From Blasia pusilla (taxonomy: Eukaryota), in the NCBI GenBank assembly GCA_050084515.1, contig CM114271.1:48856001-48920000 (forward strand): a stretch of 64,000 nt of DNA, in the 5' to 3' direction. Positions 25,053 through 38,090 of this stretch are shown here, one piece after another. The notes under the pieces are model-generated. The model saw only the letters and a program-made list of their open reading frames with translations, was not told the DNA's origin and searched no databases. The translations under genes and the position numbers were made by a program. Each line of letters opens with the position of its first letter. Positions within the stretch are counted from its first letter, which is position 1.

Positions 25053-26453
25053 ATGGCCGCCCTCTTGGGTCTGGCCTTCGCTGTCTGCCTCTGCATATCA
25101 ACGACGCCTACGCTCTCGGTGGCTTTCAACAATGAGGGATCCGTTTTACAGGCGTTGCTAGAATCGCAATATTCGGAATGGATGGAGCTCGTCGACCATG
25201 CAGCTATGCTGCATCCACTCGAGCAGCTCGTGGGGTCGGGTGACAAATTGACGATCTTCGCACCCCAAAATCATCTACTTCCTACGAAGGTCAAATCCTT
25301 CCTGCTGAAGCCCGCCAATGCCATCGCGTTGAGGCGGGTGGTGCAGTTTCATGTAATGCCCCAGCGCTTCACCGCTGGACACTGGCACAACACTTCTATT
25401 CCTTCGATGTCGGGCGATGGCATACCCCTGAGCACATATGGCGGGAGACTGTTCGCAGGTGAAGCGGAGGTGGTGGCACCGGACTCCATAGTTTGCGCCG
25501 ATGGTGTAGTGCATGGGGTTGACGGGATGTTGTTGCCCAATTCGGTTATGCGGGAATATGTAGCTCACAGTACTCGCGATATTGCGACTCCATTGCCTAC
25601 AGGAGCACCGGAATTGGATTCCAGACGCGCACGGCTCTTTGAAAAGTCCTACATATTGACGGACGTGAAACTACCGGTGGCTCTTGCTTTTGCCCCCTCC
25701 GTATCAATAGAAACTCTCTCACCTCTTGGTTCACCTGCGCCTGCCCCAGGCCCGGGACCGTCAGCTGCGCCATGGTTGGGCTTCGGAGACGAGGAGGTGA
25801 CGACTTTCATCACAGCCATGCTGCGCTTTGGAGGCTACACCGAATTCGCAGGTCTGTTAGTCGATCTTACGTCTTTGGGCTCAGAAATTTCGAAACTGGT
25901 TAATATGGGATATAAGTTAACAATCCTGGCTCCAGATGATAAGGCCTGGGAGAATGCTCTCACAGTGGAACAACTGAACTCACCCTCTGCCATTGAGCAC
26001 GTCCTTCACTACCATATAATTAGCGAATACCAGACGGAAGAGAGTTTGTACAGCACACTGAGGCGGATGGGAAAGTTGTCGTTCAGCACTCTGAAGGTCC
26101 CGCTGAAGCTGTCCGCTCGCGAGGTGGATGGATCAGTGATGTTCGGTGAAGGAGAGGGTGCGGCTGGTGTATACGACCACGACATTTTCGCAGATGGACG
26201 CATTTCTGTGCAAGGAATCAATAAGGTTCTCATACCGCCAGATGAGACCACAGATTCCCCAGCGCCTTCACCGTCTGTCCCCGCAGGACCGCCTCCTCCG
26301 CCGAAGACAAAAGCGAGGGTGCTGACCGAAGCTTTGCAATTACCGTCTACCACTGACAGCGTTGGAAACGCAGGTACGATTCTCACATTTCAAATATCCC
26401 CCTCCAATGTATGTAAATCCAACAGAGCTCTTCGTTGCGACTTCCGAGACTGA
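25053..26453 (+). CDS. Fasciclin-like arabinogalactan protein with two FAS1 domains (FLA15-18-like)
   Basis: 466-aa ORF with a signal peptide. FAS1 motifs LTIFAPQN...FHV...VVHGVDGMLLP and LTILAPDD...YHII...ISVQGINKVLIPP, plus AP/SP-rich AGP linkers. The C-terminus may be spliced (possible donor GCAG|GTACG at ~26373). Confidence 0.93.
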   Translation: MAALLGLAFAVCLCISTTPTLSVAFNNEGSVLQALLESQYSEWMELVDHAAMLHPLEQLVGSGDKLTIFAPQNHLLPTKVKSFLLKPANAIALRRVVQFHVMPQRFTAGHWHNTSIPSMSGDGIPLSTYGGRLFAGEAEVVAPDSIVCADGVVHGVDGMLLPNSVMREYVAHSTRDIATPLPTGAPELDSRRARLFEKSYILTDVKLPVALAFAPSVSIETLSPLGSPAPAPGPGPSAAPWLGFGDEEVTTFITAMLRFGGYTEFAGLLVDLTSLGSEISKLVNMGYKLTILAPDDKAWENALTVEQLNSPSAIEHVLHYHIISEYQTEESLYSTLRRMGKLSFSTLKVPLKLSAREVDGSVMFGEGEGAAGVYDHDIFADGRISVQGINKVLIPPDETTDSPAPSPSVPAGPPPPPKTKARVLTEALQLPSTTDSVGNAGTILTFQISPSNVCKSNRALRCDFRD

Positions 26454-29400
26454 CGGATTGGAGAAAACTCGTTTCTCCTCGCTGGTAGCTGTATGACTTC
26501 CCAGTCCACTTTCCACTCGTGTCGCTTCATCTGCTACAACACTGGAGTTGCGGGTATGTCGACAGGTCGACAATATCGGATTGAGATGAGGTAGCGAGTA
26601 TTGCTCGCAACTGTAGCGCACTAGACGATGTTGAGGTTGGAACCCGCCATTTCAGGCGCTAGTATTTCCAGCTTAATCCTCCGAACCCGGTGGGGAATCA
26701 CGGCCATTATGGAGGTCAGGTCCAACCCCACACCCTCAGATTGCAAGCGTGTTCATTGCGCATTGAGCGAGGGCACTGTCGGTCTTCTTGCCGTGGGACT
26801 TGGGTGGTAACCAGCCATGAAGAAGGCGTTCCCCTGGACGAAAGTGCTAGAGAGTTCTAAAAAAATGATAGGATCTGAGATTTGTAGCCTAAGTCATGTC
26901 GCCGCTGGTTTCTTGCTTGTTCCCATCTCTATTTCGTGATGTTGGCCAGGGATATGAGTCAGTTGAACCTTCTCGGTATCCTGTTCTGAAATGGAAAACT
27001 CCAATGGCCTCTCTGAATCAGCGGGTACCACTGATGAGTTTATATTGAGTGACGACGATGTGCCTACGACTCTAATCGCTTGTCTGCGCGATGTTCTCTC
27101 CAGGTCAGGAGAGCTCGGTAAGGGAAGGCTCATTCTTCTCAGTAGTGGCTGCTTGCGCGATGCTGTTATTGCACCTTTTAACGTAAGTGCTTTCAGAAAC
27201 GACTCGAAAGCTCGGATCGACGGACTGTGAAGCAGCGGTGGGAAGGAGAATAGTGTCGCAACATTCCACCGGAGTGGAAGGTCAAAAGTGGCGGTCATCC
27301 AGATACTGCAACGACAGAGTATAGCAACACAGAATAGCAATCACTTGCGACTAGTTTGGTAAATATGAGAAATATGTTGCGAGGTTCGATGTCCATACTT
27401 GGCGGGATGACCTCAGACGACCAAACTCAAAGAAAGAGAAGCCCTTCCTTGCACAGATGATATTGCCTTGGCTTTCTTTTCTATGTATGTAACCCTCATA
27501 AACACTGCAGCGATTCGCAGTTCCGATTGTAAAAAATTTGTACCAACCCAATCAGGTCCCACAATTTTTCCCGATCCGAGGGCTCGGATCTTCGGCTCCG
27601 TCTGGTGCAGACACTGGAGTTCATTCATACTTTGAACCCTAGAAGTTGCCCAATCGAAGTTGGCAGGTCCTGGGCTTCTGATTACTAGATATTGCCCATT
27701 GTTACTCCGGAATCCTGCCTGGAACTTGCCTTGTCCCTTAAGATAACCCCCAACTGCGCTTGTGCAAATAAGACCGGGTGCAGATGTGTCTGTTGAGGTT
27801 TTCCGCATGAGTTGTCTACTGAATCCATTCTTAACCGGTATTCTCTTCTAGTTATTACTAGATGATTCATTGAAAAACGGAGGGCGTCTCTGATTGGACT
27901 GGCGTGCGCTGCGGGAGCTTGTTAGTGTAGTATATGCATACCTCAGGCTGTTCTCTCCTTATCATATAATGTCCCCGATGGTGTTTAGTATATTAATATC
28001 GTGTTTTACTATTCCTGCTGGTGCTGTTTCTCTCCGGTGTCGGAGTTTGTGGAATAACACATTAGCTTTGATGGCCTCCTTTTGGGATAATGGTCTCACA
28101 TCTCACTCTCGTCAATTCTATTATGGTGTAATCTGATAGAGGGAGGGTGAGAAGTTCATATATTTAGCCCTACTCATCTCTTGACTTGTCTCTCATTCGG
28201 CTTAGCCCTAGTGGCCGCCTGGATGGAGCTTTGTTCTTGGAGCTGCATTCCTCTATTATGTGTGTGGGCCTGGTCGAAATGTCGATGAATGTATACTGTC
28301 CCAGAGACCTCTCCAGTCGCCGGTTGATGGATGGAAAAAGTGCGAAGGCCTCGCAGGCCTCAGACATTGGTCCCTGGAGTGGACGTCGAGAGAACGATGA
28401 GCTGACGGTCATTAGACTAGTTGTACAGTGCTCTCTCCCTCACCCTCTCGGACCACAAAGCGTGTTTTGCTGAATGTGTGTTTTGTCTCTCGGACTCAGC
28501 TCTTGAGCACTTCGAGAATCCTACAAGGGATTCCGACACGATGAGAATCCTGCCAACGACGTCCATGTGCACCAAGAAAGTATACGCAGACTCCCAAGAA
28601 ATTCACCTTAACGTAAGCATACGGCCCGTTCTGTATCGTGATTGCCGACTTACTTACCTACCTCCCTAATTTTGCAAACCCCGCCCTTCCCCCGCGGCCC
28701 GCCATCTCAATTGGAAGTGCGCGACAGCCGGGACGAGAGCTTGGAACAGTAAGCGGCAATAACCCTTCTCCCACCATTAGTTTGTAACCGGGAAAGTAGG
28801 GAGGGGAGGGTAGCTTAGGTGAGGGTGGTAACAGATCCCGGAACGGATGTTAACAGGGCGTGAAGGAACAGTGTCTGTAACTAAACTCGTCAGGCAAAGA
28901 CGGACGAGGCACGAAATAACTTTTTTGCATGTGAGGCAACGATTCATTGATTGAAGCCATCTTTAAGACCGGTGCCGGTAATCGCATGAGAGGAAACGAA
29001 GCAGGCTTGGAACGAAGGACCGCACATCATTTAATCATCACCCATCTGTCAGAAAGCGACGCAATCGTAGAGCGGCCTGTAATCGAAACTTGCGACACGA
29101 ATATGTCCTTCCAGATGTCATGCCGATGTCTAAACGTGCTGGAAAGGAATGCGAGGAGAGATTGATTCGACCATGAAAAGCGTGGCCTGTAATCCGAACT
29201 GGACGCACGCAGGTGAATATATAACTAGGGAGTTTACAGTGACAGGTGAACTGTCAGCAATGAAGAACTGCAGCATGAGGCTTTGTGGGAGGATTTATGA
29301 GCGGATGTGTGCAATGTGCATATCCTTGGCTCTTCTTGGAAGGAACGCAACCCAGTTTTGGTGCGTCATAAATCCGTTGCGTGCGTGCGTGCGTGCGTGC

Positions 29401-31041
29401 AAGCTCCACGACCACGTAATCATCCACGGACATTCAAGGCGCAAGGCCTGGAATCATGGAGGGTGTGTGCCCAGGCAAGTGTCCTCAAGGGTACAAAGTT
29501 CACACATACACCCACAAATTCGCGAGGTATGTACAAATTTAGGTCGCGCAGCTCGTTCGAACGCTATATGAACTCAGCACAACATTTGAAAAAGTTACGG
29601 ACAAGTACGAAATCTCAATAAAACGATAGCATGCAGATGAGAACCTTCACGATCACCAAGCAATGAGGGACATAGACACACCGGAAACTTAGCGATGTTG
29701 TGGCATACGATACACCCAAGAGTCGCTGGGGAACTTCGTAGAGGTGTGGTATCTATCTAAAGATAGTTGCATGCAGCAATCACCGGCACACGAGTGACAC
29801 GACGCTCACTTTGAATCTAGTCTAGACTACAGCCAGACACCAGAACGAAAGGATCACTTATTGCCCTGCACCTAGATCAATGAGATGGCGTGGAAAGGGC
29901 GGGATTACTAGAGACTTGCAGCAATCAGGAAGGTAGACGTGAATCTCAACTCAGCCATGGCATCTTCGTATTCAATCAGGCTAACCGAAACAATCGGCAC
30001 TATTACAACCCTAAACTCCCATGGCTCCCGTTGATGAGATGAGAAGGTAAAGGAAAAAGAAACCAACCACGTTTGGCCAAAACTCCGAACACCACCCTTT
30101 CCATCATCGTCACGATTCACCATCGACCAACAAACCAAGAAATTTCAAAGAAAGAGAAACCCACGAGTGAAGAAATCATTTTCTTGGACAGCTCTCAAGA
30201 TTGGCGGTTCTGATTTCTACCCCCAGATCTGTCTACACAATTCCGGCGACACGGACAACCTCAAAAAGGCTTGCTATTTACGCATCTAGTAAACTGACAA
30301 ATCCAAGTTCTTACCAACGCGCTCCATAAATGCTAGTCCTCAGAGAAGCAACCTGTCAGCGTTTGTCTTAGATTCTCAGGCCTTAAGACATGAAGACTCG
30401 AAGGGTTCTCAGTAAGGGGATGCCGCGTAATCAAATACTGCCTCCCCAGGAATGCTCAACCTCCACTCACTCAAGATCTCGTCAGTTATTTATAAACCCG
30501 TTATTTCATTCCGATGTAACTTCGACTCCAATTGCGCAATTGTAGGGAACTGACAGTCTGGTACTTTAGCATTTATTTCTGGGATGGTGGGGAACGACCG
30601 TGTATACTAAAGAATAAGAGATTAAAAAGAGGGGCGAATAGGAAAAAAAATCCCGCGGGTCAAAATCGGCTCTCGAAAGAAGGGGGTCTTTTTCCTACCG
30701 CCCAAATAGCACAAACACCTAGAGAACTATGGCTTCTCCTTAGAGGGCCTATTGTGTATAGAGAGCTTAGCCCTCCACAACTTGTGTTTGTAGCAACGTC
30801 CGGGGAGAATTGGGTTACCCGTTGAATTTTCAAATTTCCCATACACGGAATATATGGGTTTGAATTATATGAGTATCAAACCAGTGTGTGGTGCTTTGAG
30901 ATGGGTGGGAGGCATGAGGATAGCCTAAATGGAGAGGGAAAAAAAAAGGAGAGCTAGGGCCCGTAATAAATAGCCAACTTGTATGAGTATCAAACTAATA
31001 TGGCGGCCCCAACAGTGGGATGGGGTATTATTAAAAAAAAA

Positions 31042-31080
31042 CTAGTAAAAATGCCCATGCGATGCACCGGCATAAATTTT
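31042..31080 (-). mobile_element. Helitron 3' terminus on the minus strand (element extends rightwards)
   Basis: Reverse complement reads GCCGGTGCATCGCATGGGCATTTTTACTAG|T, closely similar to the terminus at 21911-21945. Confidence 0.7.
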
Positions 31081-34000
31081 AGCATATATTAGATACCTAC
31101 GGACCAACCTAAGCAGTAGAGTGGGATGACTATGAAAGCTATGATATTCCCAAAGGCGAATATCGCTACTCGGTTGGTCGCGTAGGTGGAGGGAAGTATG
31201 ATAATTACGGATTGGTTCCCAAAATTTTTTATGGAAATCGTTCTGCACCGAATTATCCTCGGAATCAAACCCGCAATCTCCCCCATGTGAACTTCTCCAT
31301 CTTACCATCTTTCCACCCATTCCATCACTTCTAGAATTCCTTCATTACGCAAAGCAATAAAGGTTGTATGCTTGTGGCTTAACGCCCAGGGGTATGCTCA
31401 ATAGGAGGGCACATGGCCGATGGTCCAGCTCCACCAATTGCACTATGTGTGCATAGCAGTGAATTATGAGCCTCACGTAGTAGGGGCCAATCTGGATTTT
31501 TACGGTGATAGTATGCCAAATTCATTCGTCGTAATTGAATTTCTTCATGCGATCCGAGGTGCACTCCAGGAATCGCACTTGGTTTATTTGTACGGGGCAA
31601 GAGATTTCAACTAGTCAAAAAAATTGGAGTGATACTTCCATCGCTGTTTGGTACGGGCGGAAGGCATGATATCATTCGCAAAATAAATCCATTTTTATTC
31701 ACATATGACACAAAGTTGTTCACATAGGAGCATTGTTACTAGGGTGCCAAACAACCACCAGAAAACTCGTTGATGAGATCCTACATGTCATAGACGAGTG
31801 ATTACTTGAGTTGATGTCCACTAATCAGAGTTCAATCGAGAGATTCGAGGGTGAAGGAGAAGACGAGCCTCACCTTCAACTACGCAACGTTCAGTCGGAG
31901 TCGTCGCTACGGAGCTTACGATTTGACAAATCTGAGGGTCCCATGACTCCCAAGTTCAACTAGAATCCAAGCCCTCCAAAGTGAGTCTCTGACAAACCCA
32001 AACATTTATGAGTATATTTATGTTGGTTTATCAGTACATGCGTAATGGTAGTGTTGGCGACATCCTACACAATGCCAAGGCCACATCGATCTTAGATTGG
32101 CCCACCTGATAAAAGATCGTTGTAGGAGCCGTGGAGGTGCTTGCTTACTTGCATTATGAGTGCATACCACACATTGTACACTGAGATGTCAAGTCCAATA
32201 ACTTCCTCTTGAAGATAGAGTTTGAGGCCCATTTTGATTTTGGACTTGCGAAGCTCTTTGAAACCACACATGACCAGGTAGAATCCATGTATCTCGTCGC
32301 CGGTTCATATAGCTATATTGCTCCATGTAATGTGACTTTTGAGTTTTTGTGAAGTTGGCACAGGGACCAATTTCACACAAACTCAGAAGGAGTACCCAAA
32401 GCTAAATACTTTCTCTCACAAAATTTGGAGTTACTTGCACACATCCAACTTTTCTGCTTGAAAGGTAAGCTCAAGCGACTTTCAAGCGGGAGTGGAAGCA
32501 ATGTCCAACTCACCAAAGTTTTTTTCCGTAGTCCTGAGTATAAGAATCCGCATGTGATCGTGACAGACCTTAAAGAGCCTAAATATGAGGGAATAATTGA
32601 CTGGCGACCACCTCACCAATAAAAAAATAGAGCATAGAGATATTGGCGCTCCCACAATCCCAAGAAAATGAGAAGACAGGTGTACAACGTAAACGCCTTG
32701 TCAAGGGTTCTCAAGGCATGTTGGCATTGAAAGATGGATTTGAACCCCACTGTACGGATGGTAATCCCGCTGTCCTGCCGTAATATGCACACGAACTTAT
32801 AGAGGCCCACAGCCATAGAGCGCCACTTAGAACTCTGAATCTTGTAGAAATTGAAATGCGTGTGTGTGACAACATGAGGATTTCATGCCGAATTCAATCA
32901 CTCTTGGATTGCATTCGGCTTGAAGTCCTCACTCAAGGTCTTCTCAAAGATCTAGCGCAAAGTGCAAGAGATCCCGAGAGGATGGTAGTAGGAATCCATG
33001 TATAGCATTCGTGTTTAGTGTAATAATCGACTACTTCTTCAAATTTTCTAGCAAATTGATCAAGCATTCACAAATATAGAGCATAGCCACTCAAAATTTC
33101 TTACTTGTGGTGGCAGAGAAATGACTCCCGGGAGGACGTAAGATCAATTGAACTTACAACACGAACAAACATGATAGAGATCAATATTATTTTAGTTTAC
33201 CTTGATAGCCAACCTCCACCAATAACTTCACCCTCCATTTCTAGTAAATCGGCGTGACAGTAATCTCAGCTTCGTTTAGTTTGGTAGAAAATCCCATGTA
33301 CTTAGTCCATACTTTTCCCAGGTCCGCACGCCTTTGGTAACTCAACATCTCTTCATCCAGGCTCTTCCGCATCATAACGCCTTTGGTAACTTGCACGGTA
33401 GGTTTTCATCCGAGCTATGCATCTCCTCCACATACTTCCGCAACTCCTCCACATACATGCTCACTGTCCGTACAAATAGCTCCTCTATCTTAAAAATTCC
33501 TACCCATTTAATCAGATACATTCTAGTCATTACGAAACAAGTGTTCCTACTATTTTAGAAGGTCCCTTGCTTTTCAAGAAGGACTTCACTTTTTTCGGAA
33601 AGAAAAGTACCAAAAGAGGTAAACCCCCTTTCAAATTATAGTATAGATAATAATATGAAAATGTAACTATACAAAATAAATACACGAGTGTACATAAGTA
33701 CACAACGATAGAAAAGAGACTCACAATATAAAAGAAATCAAAAAAAGTGTACTATAAGGGTGTTATTAGGCGTTATCATTAACACCTAATTTTGTGTATA
33801 GTAGTCTTCAAAGAAAAGAAAAACATACCATAATTCAGAAACGAAATTTGTGGCGGTAGGCATGGATGAGAGATTATAGTAGTCTTCTATACATATAGGG
33901 AGACACTATGTAGGAATGGGAGAGTATAGTAATCTTCAATGCAAACATTACATTAGAGTGGATAAGAATACAATAGTGTATGCAATATAGAGTTGAATGT

Positions 34001-35199
34001 ACTATACTAACCAATCAACATACTATACTAATATGATGGGAACCAAATATGTAATGCGGATTGTTAGGTCATCTTTTTAACATAATGGAATTGTGACATT
34101 AATGCCTTTATATATTTGAGGGCCATCTAGCATTTATATCAAGTGTTATATACTACGACATACAAAGGGGATGCTACAATACAAAGGTTATCACTACATA
34201 CATTTATAATGACATGCATGAAGCCATAAAACAAATGTTCTAATAAGAGTAAGGTTCAAATGTGTGGATATGATAGACCCCTGGTGAAGTGACGGATAAG
34301 TTATAGCACTAGTGTAAACGATTTGCAACACACCATCCAACAGAGTATACTAAACAAAGAATTATATACATCAAGTCTAACGGCGGCGATGGCCGTCAAC
34401 GAAGAGACTTCAATACGAACCCAATACAGACATGTATAGAGTGCCTTGGCAAGTGACCAAAAAGCCTAACCCTAGAGAGATTTCTTGAATTGTATTGGTC
34501 CACATCATTTTAGGAATTCACTGGAGCACTATGGTCTCGCTGTACAAAATATGCACTTTTGCACGCACCTCCGGGGGAACCGCAACTTAAGGCCTTTAAG
34601 TTGGGGCCGTAAATAGGTGTTAGGAAAACTTCACAAAGCAACATTACATTTTATAAAGACCGTAATGTGTCTTTCCTCTCAAAAAAACTACCCCGACTAT
34701 TTGTACAATACACCATTCTAGCAACAACAGGTGGCGCGATGGATCACTCCAAAACTTTTTAGTGTATTTAGCATTTTATGTTTGAGGATTGGGAAATTTT
34801 TCAAAATAAGCAATTATTTCTAGAAGAGGGCTTAACAAAACTTTATCTCACTCAACATGCCAATCATGGAGGCTTTCCGTACAACAACTTCTTTGACATA
34901 ATCTATTTTTGGGGCATGTGCGACTTGAGCATTGGGTCCTCTATCTCCGGTGGTTTCAAGTGGGGGTATAATGGCACGCTTAGAAGCTCTTCACCCTCCT
35001 TCAAGTGGTGTTGCACATCTTTTGTGGAAGACTATACAACAAATCTTAACATGGAACTTGGCTTGGAGGTTTTCACGAGGGCTTTTCTCTATACTCCTTG
35101 CTTATAAGCATGTAGGCTATCAGCCATGGTTTTTAAGTATCTATGCTACTGCTTTATCCCAACAGATTTAGCAAGTGGTTGCATCTCTTTGTATAAGGT

Positions 35200-35823
35200 A
35201 TGCGCACATATTGCGACAAAACGTCTTCTATACTCTTGTCATTAATTGGCTATGGATAAGCCTCCTTTTGGTGTTTGCCCTTTGACTATTGGAGAGGTTA
35301 TATATCGCTTGGTTAGTCAATCCCTTTGCAAGAGATTTCATCCCCACTTTAGCGCCCACTTAGTTCCTCATCAAGTTGGAGTGGCTACGCTTGGTGGTTA
35401 TGAGGTTGTGATTCATAGCATACGCTCTACTCTTGATATTTGTCTAGAGTGGTCAGCAATTCAAGTTGATATGGCTAACGCATTCTATGCAGTTTCTCTT
35501 GTGACCATCTCCGAGGAGTTATGCCCCGCAAGAGGGAAACTTGCAAGTCTCATTCTATGCATATGATATGCCCATTATCTATTTTCACCATACTACTTCA
35601 ATAGAATAGAATATTATCCAATCAACATGTGGCAACCGTCAAGGTGATCCCATGGGTGGCCCACTCTTTGCTATTGCATATTTTCGTGCCCTTCGAGCAT
35701 CAGCCCAAGCATTTCCATCTTGTCTCTTCCCTTCTATTGATACCTACATTATAGGTCCTCCTTCTAGAATGGTTCTTGCTTATACCCATTTTGTGGAGCA
35801 ACCCTCTATCTTAAACCTTAAAT
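35200..35823 (+). pseudogene. Non-LTR retrotransposon RT remnant (CRE-like), left part
   Basis: GVCPLTIGEVIYRLVS, PHQVGVATLGG, QVDMANAF (ORF 35246-35566), then RQGDPMGGPLF (~35638-35670) and SIDTYIIG (decayed YxDD region). Confidence 0.8.
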
Positions 35824-37777
35824 AGAACAATTCAAGAGTTTTATGACTGGCTCATATGACTCCCTCAAGTCATGTATGTCTTAAAATGACTAGAAATGAC
35901 TGATGACTCATGGAGTCATAAAAGCCTAGTAATCTACCATACCATAACTCAAGTCATTTTAGGATGAAAGACCTAGTCATTCATTTAAATGACTGACACG
36001 TCGCCAAAGTGAATAATATTGACAAACTCTGGTCATATAATATGACGGCCATATCAATATATGATGTGGCAAGTGGTCAAGTATGACTACTTAAATCATA
36101 ACACGTGTCATATTGTATGAGTCAACTGTAGTCATAAGAGAGAATTTTAGAAAAATGACTTCAGATTCAATCCTATGACTAAGTCATGTTGATCATTTTG
36201 TTTTGTTTAAATGACTTTAAATGGTTATACACGACTCAATAAATGACGCGGTCTTTGTGTATGACTCAAGTCTGACTACTTTGTATGACTCCATGCTTTG
36301 TGAATATGACTAAGAACTTAACTATATAATTGTTTTAAATGACTCCATAATTTATTATTTTTTTAATACATATTTTCTTATGACTAGAATCTAACTTCTT
36401 TATGATTGATATTTTGCATGACACGTCTTCATGACTCCAAGATTCATTAATATGACTGCATGATAGATGAATATTACTAGGTACCTACATATATGACTTT
36501 TAAATGACTGCATATTGTTTTAGTATGACTTGGTACATGTTTGGATGAGTAGTTTAAATGACTCCATATGGTGTATATGACTAGAGTTTGGCTACATTGT
36601 ATGACTGAATAATTTATGACTAATATGATTCATATGACAGATTTAAATGACTTCAAGTTATGGGAATCAGAAGTAGGTCTCATGATAGAAGGCTAAGGTT
36701 CTCCTTGTAGAATGTAGCCTATCTATTCATGCATTGATTCTCACAAGGCATCGATAAAATGACCAAAGGAAAGGAAAGGTGGAGATTTTAGTTCAAAAAC
36801 TCCATTCATCAATTGAGAATGCGGTGTAAAAACAAATATCTAATTGGAAACTACTAACTGCCCAATGCAAGAACTAGAATAAAATTCAGTAGTCTTATAT
36901 TGAAGAAAAGTAAATTCAACAACAAAAAAAGTGGTCATAAAGATTACCAGAAGTAATCAACACTAATTTTTATGGAGACTCTGAGATTTCATAGAGAACG
37001 AGTCAGCAAAACATGCACTACTATAAGTAAGTATTGTCTACATGTAGGGATGAATGTCTAATATTAGCCTATGATTTCTTCAAATTTACTTCAGGCCAAA
37101 GTACTAAACCTCCAAGAGCATTACCCAAAGTGTATTGAGGTGGCATATCAGCCTCATTTGACTGCCATAACTTATAATCCAAGAATGCAAGATAGACAAT
37201 CTTAAAATCCGACCGTACCACCCCCGATGGGATATCACTCCCATGAAATTTGTGTTTTCCACTCAAGCCGGTTACAACACCAGTGCCCAAAATTGTCCTA
37301 CTGAGCTCGGGCTTTAGGAGTTGAACCTCATCTTCCAATACAAAAATCTGCAAACCCAAGATCCCGGATGAGTCTTTGGAGGAAAAAAATGCATAAACTT
37401 GGTGTTGGACATATAACACAACACATTATTAGTTACAATTCCTTCAATTGTAATATTGTAGCATTTAAACAAAGTTCTGATTATCATGCCAAGCAAGATT
37501 GTTTTTCTTCCAAGTCCACGTGCATACCTTCCCGACGGATTTCTTGTTGCTTCCTGACTTTACATCGTTGACATTTTCACTCCTTGCAACTTGAATGGCG
37601 TCAGAATGCACTGTTGTAACATGTCTCTTTTTCTTTGGGAGAAGACTCTTTCTCCCCAGCAATAAAACCTGCATAGTACAAAAGGACAGTGAAATAAAGG
37701 AAAAGCAATTTTGTTATGTTGAATGTACATCGATAGAAGGCTACTGATATATAGCTATAATATCAGAGAGAGAAATA

Positions 37778-38090
37778 TACCAAGCTGAAACTTGACATTT
37801 ACTTGTTGTACATAATCTCTTGCTGTAAAAAAATGAAGATCTCTTTGAAACTATAGTAAGTGTAAGGATATACCAAGTTGGAAATTGACGTTTACTTGTT
37901 GTACATAATCTCTTGCTGGAAAAAAATGAAGATCTCTTTGAAACTATAGTAAGTGTAAGGAACAACAAGTGCAAGGAAAGTAAGTGTAAGGATGTACCAA
38001 CCTGGAAACTGACATTTACTTGTTGTACATAATCTCTTGCTAAAAAAATTGAAGATCTCTTTGAAACTATAGAAAGTGTGAGGATAACAA
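37778..38090 (+). repeat. Tandem ~90-bp repeat, three copies, with a further copy at ~38325-38410
   Basis: Unit TACCAAGCTGAAACTTGACATTTACTTGTTGTACATAATCTCTTGCTG...GAAGATCTCTTTGAAACTATAGTAAGTGTAAGGA recurs at ~37778, ~37870 and ~37995. Confidence 0.85.
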
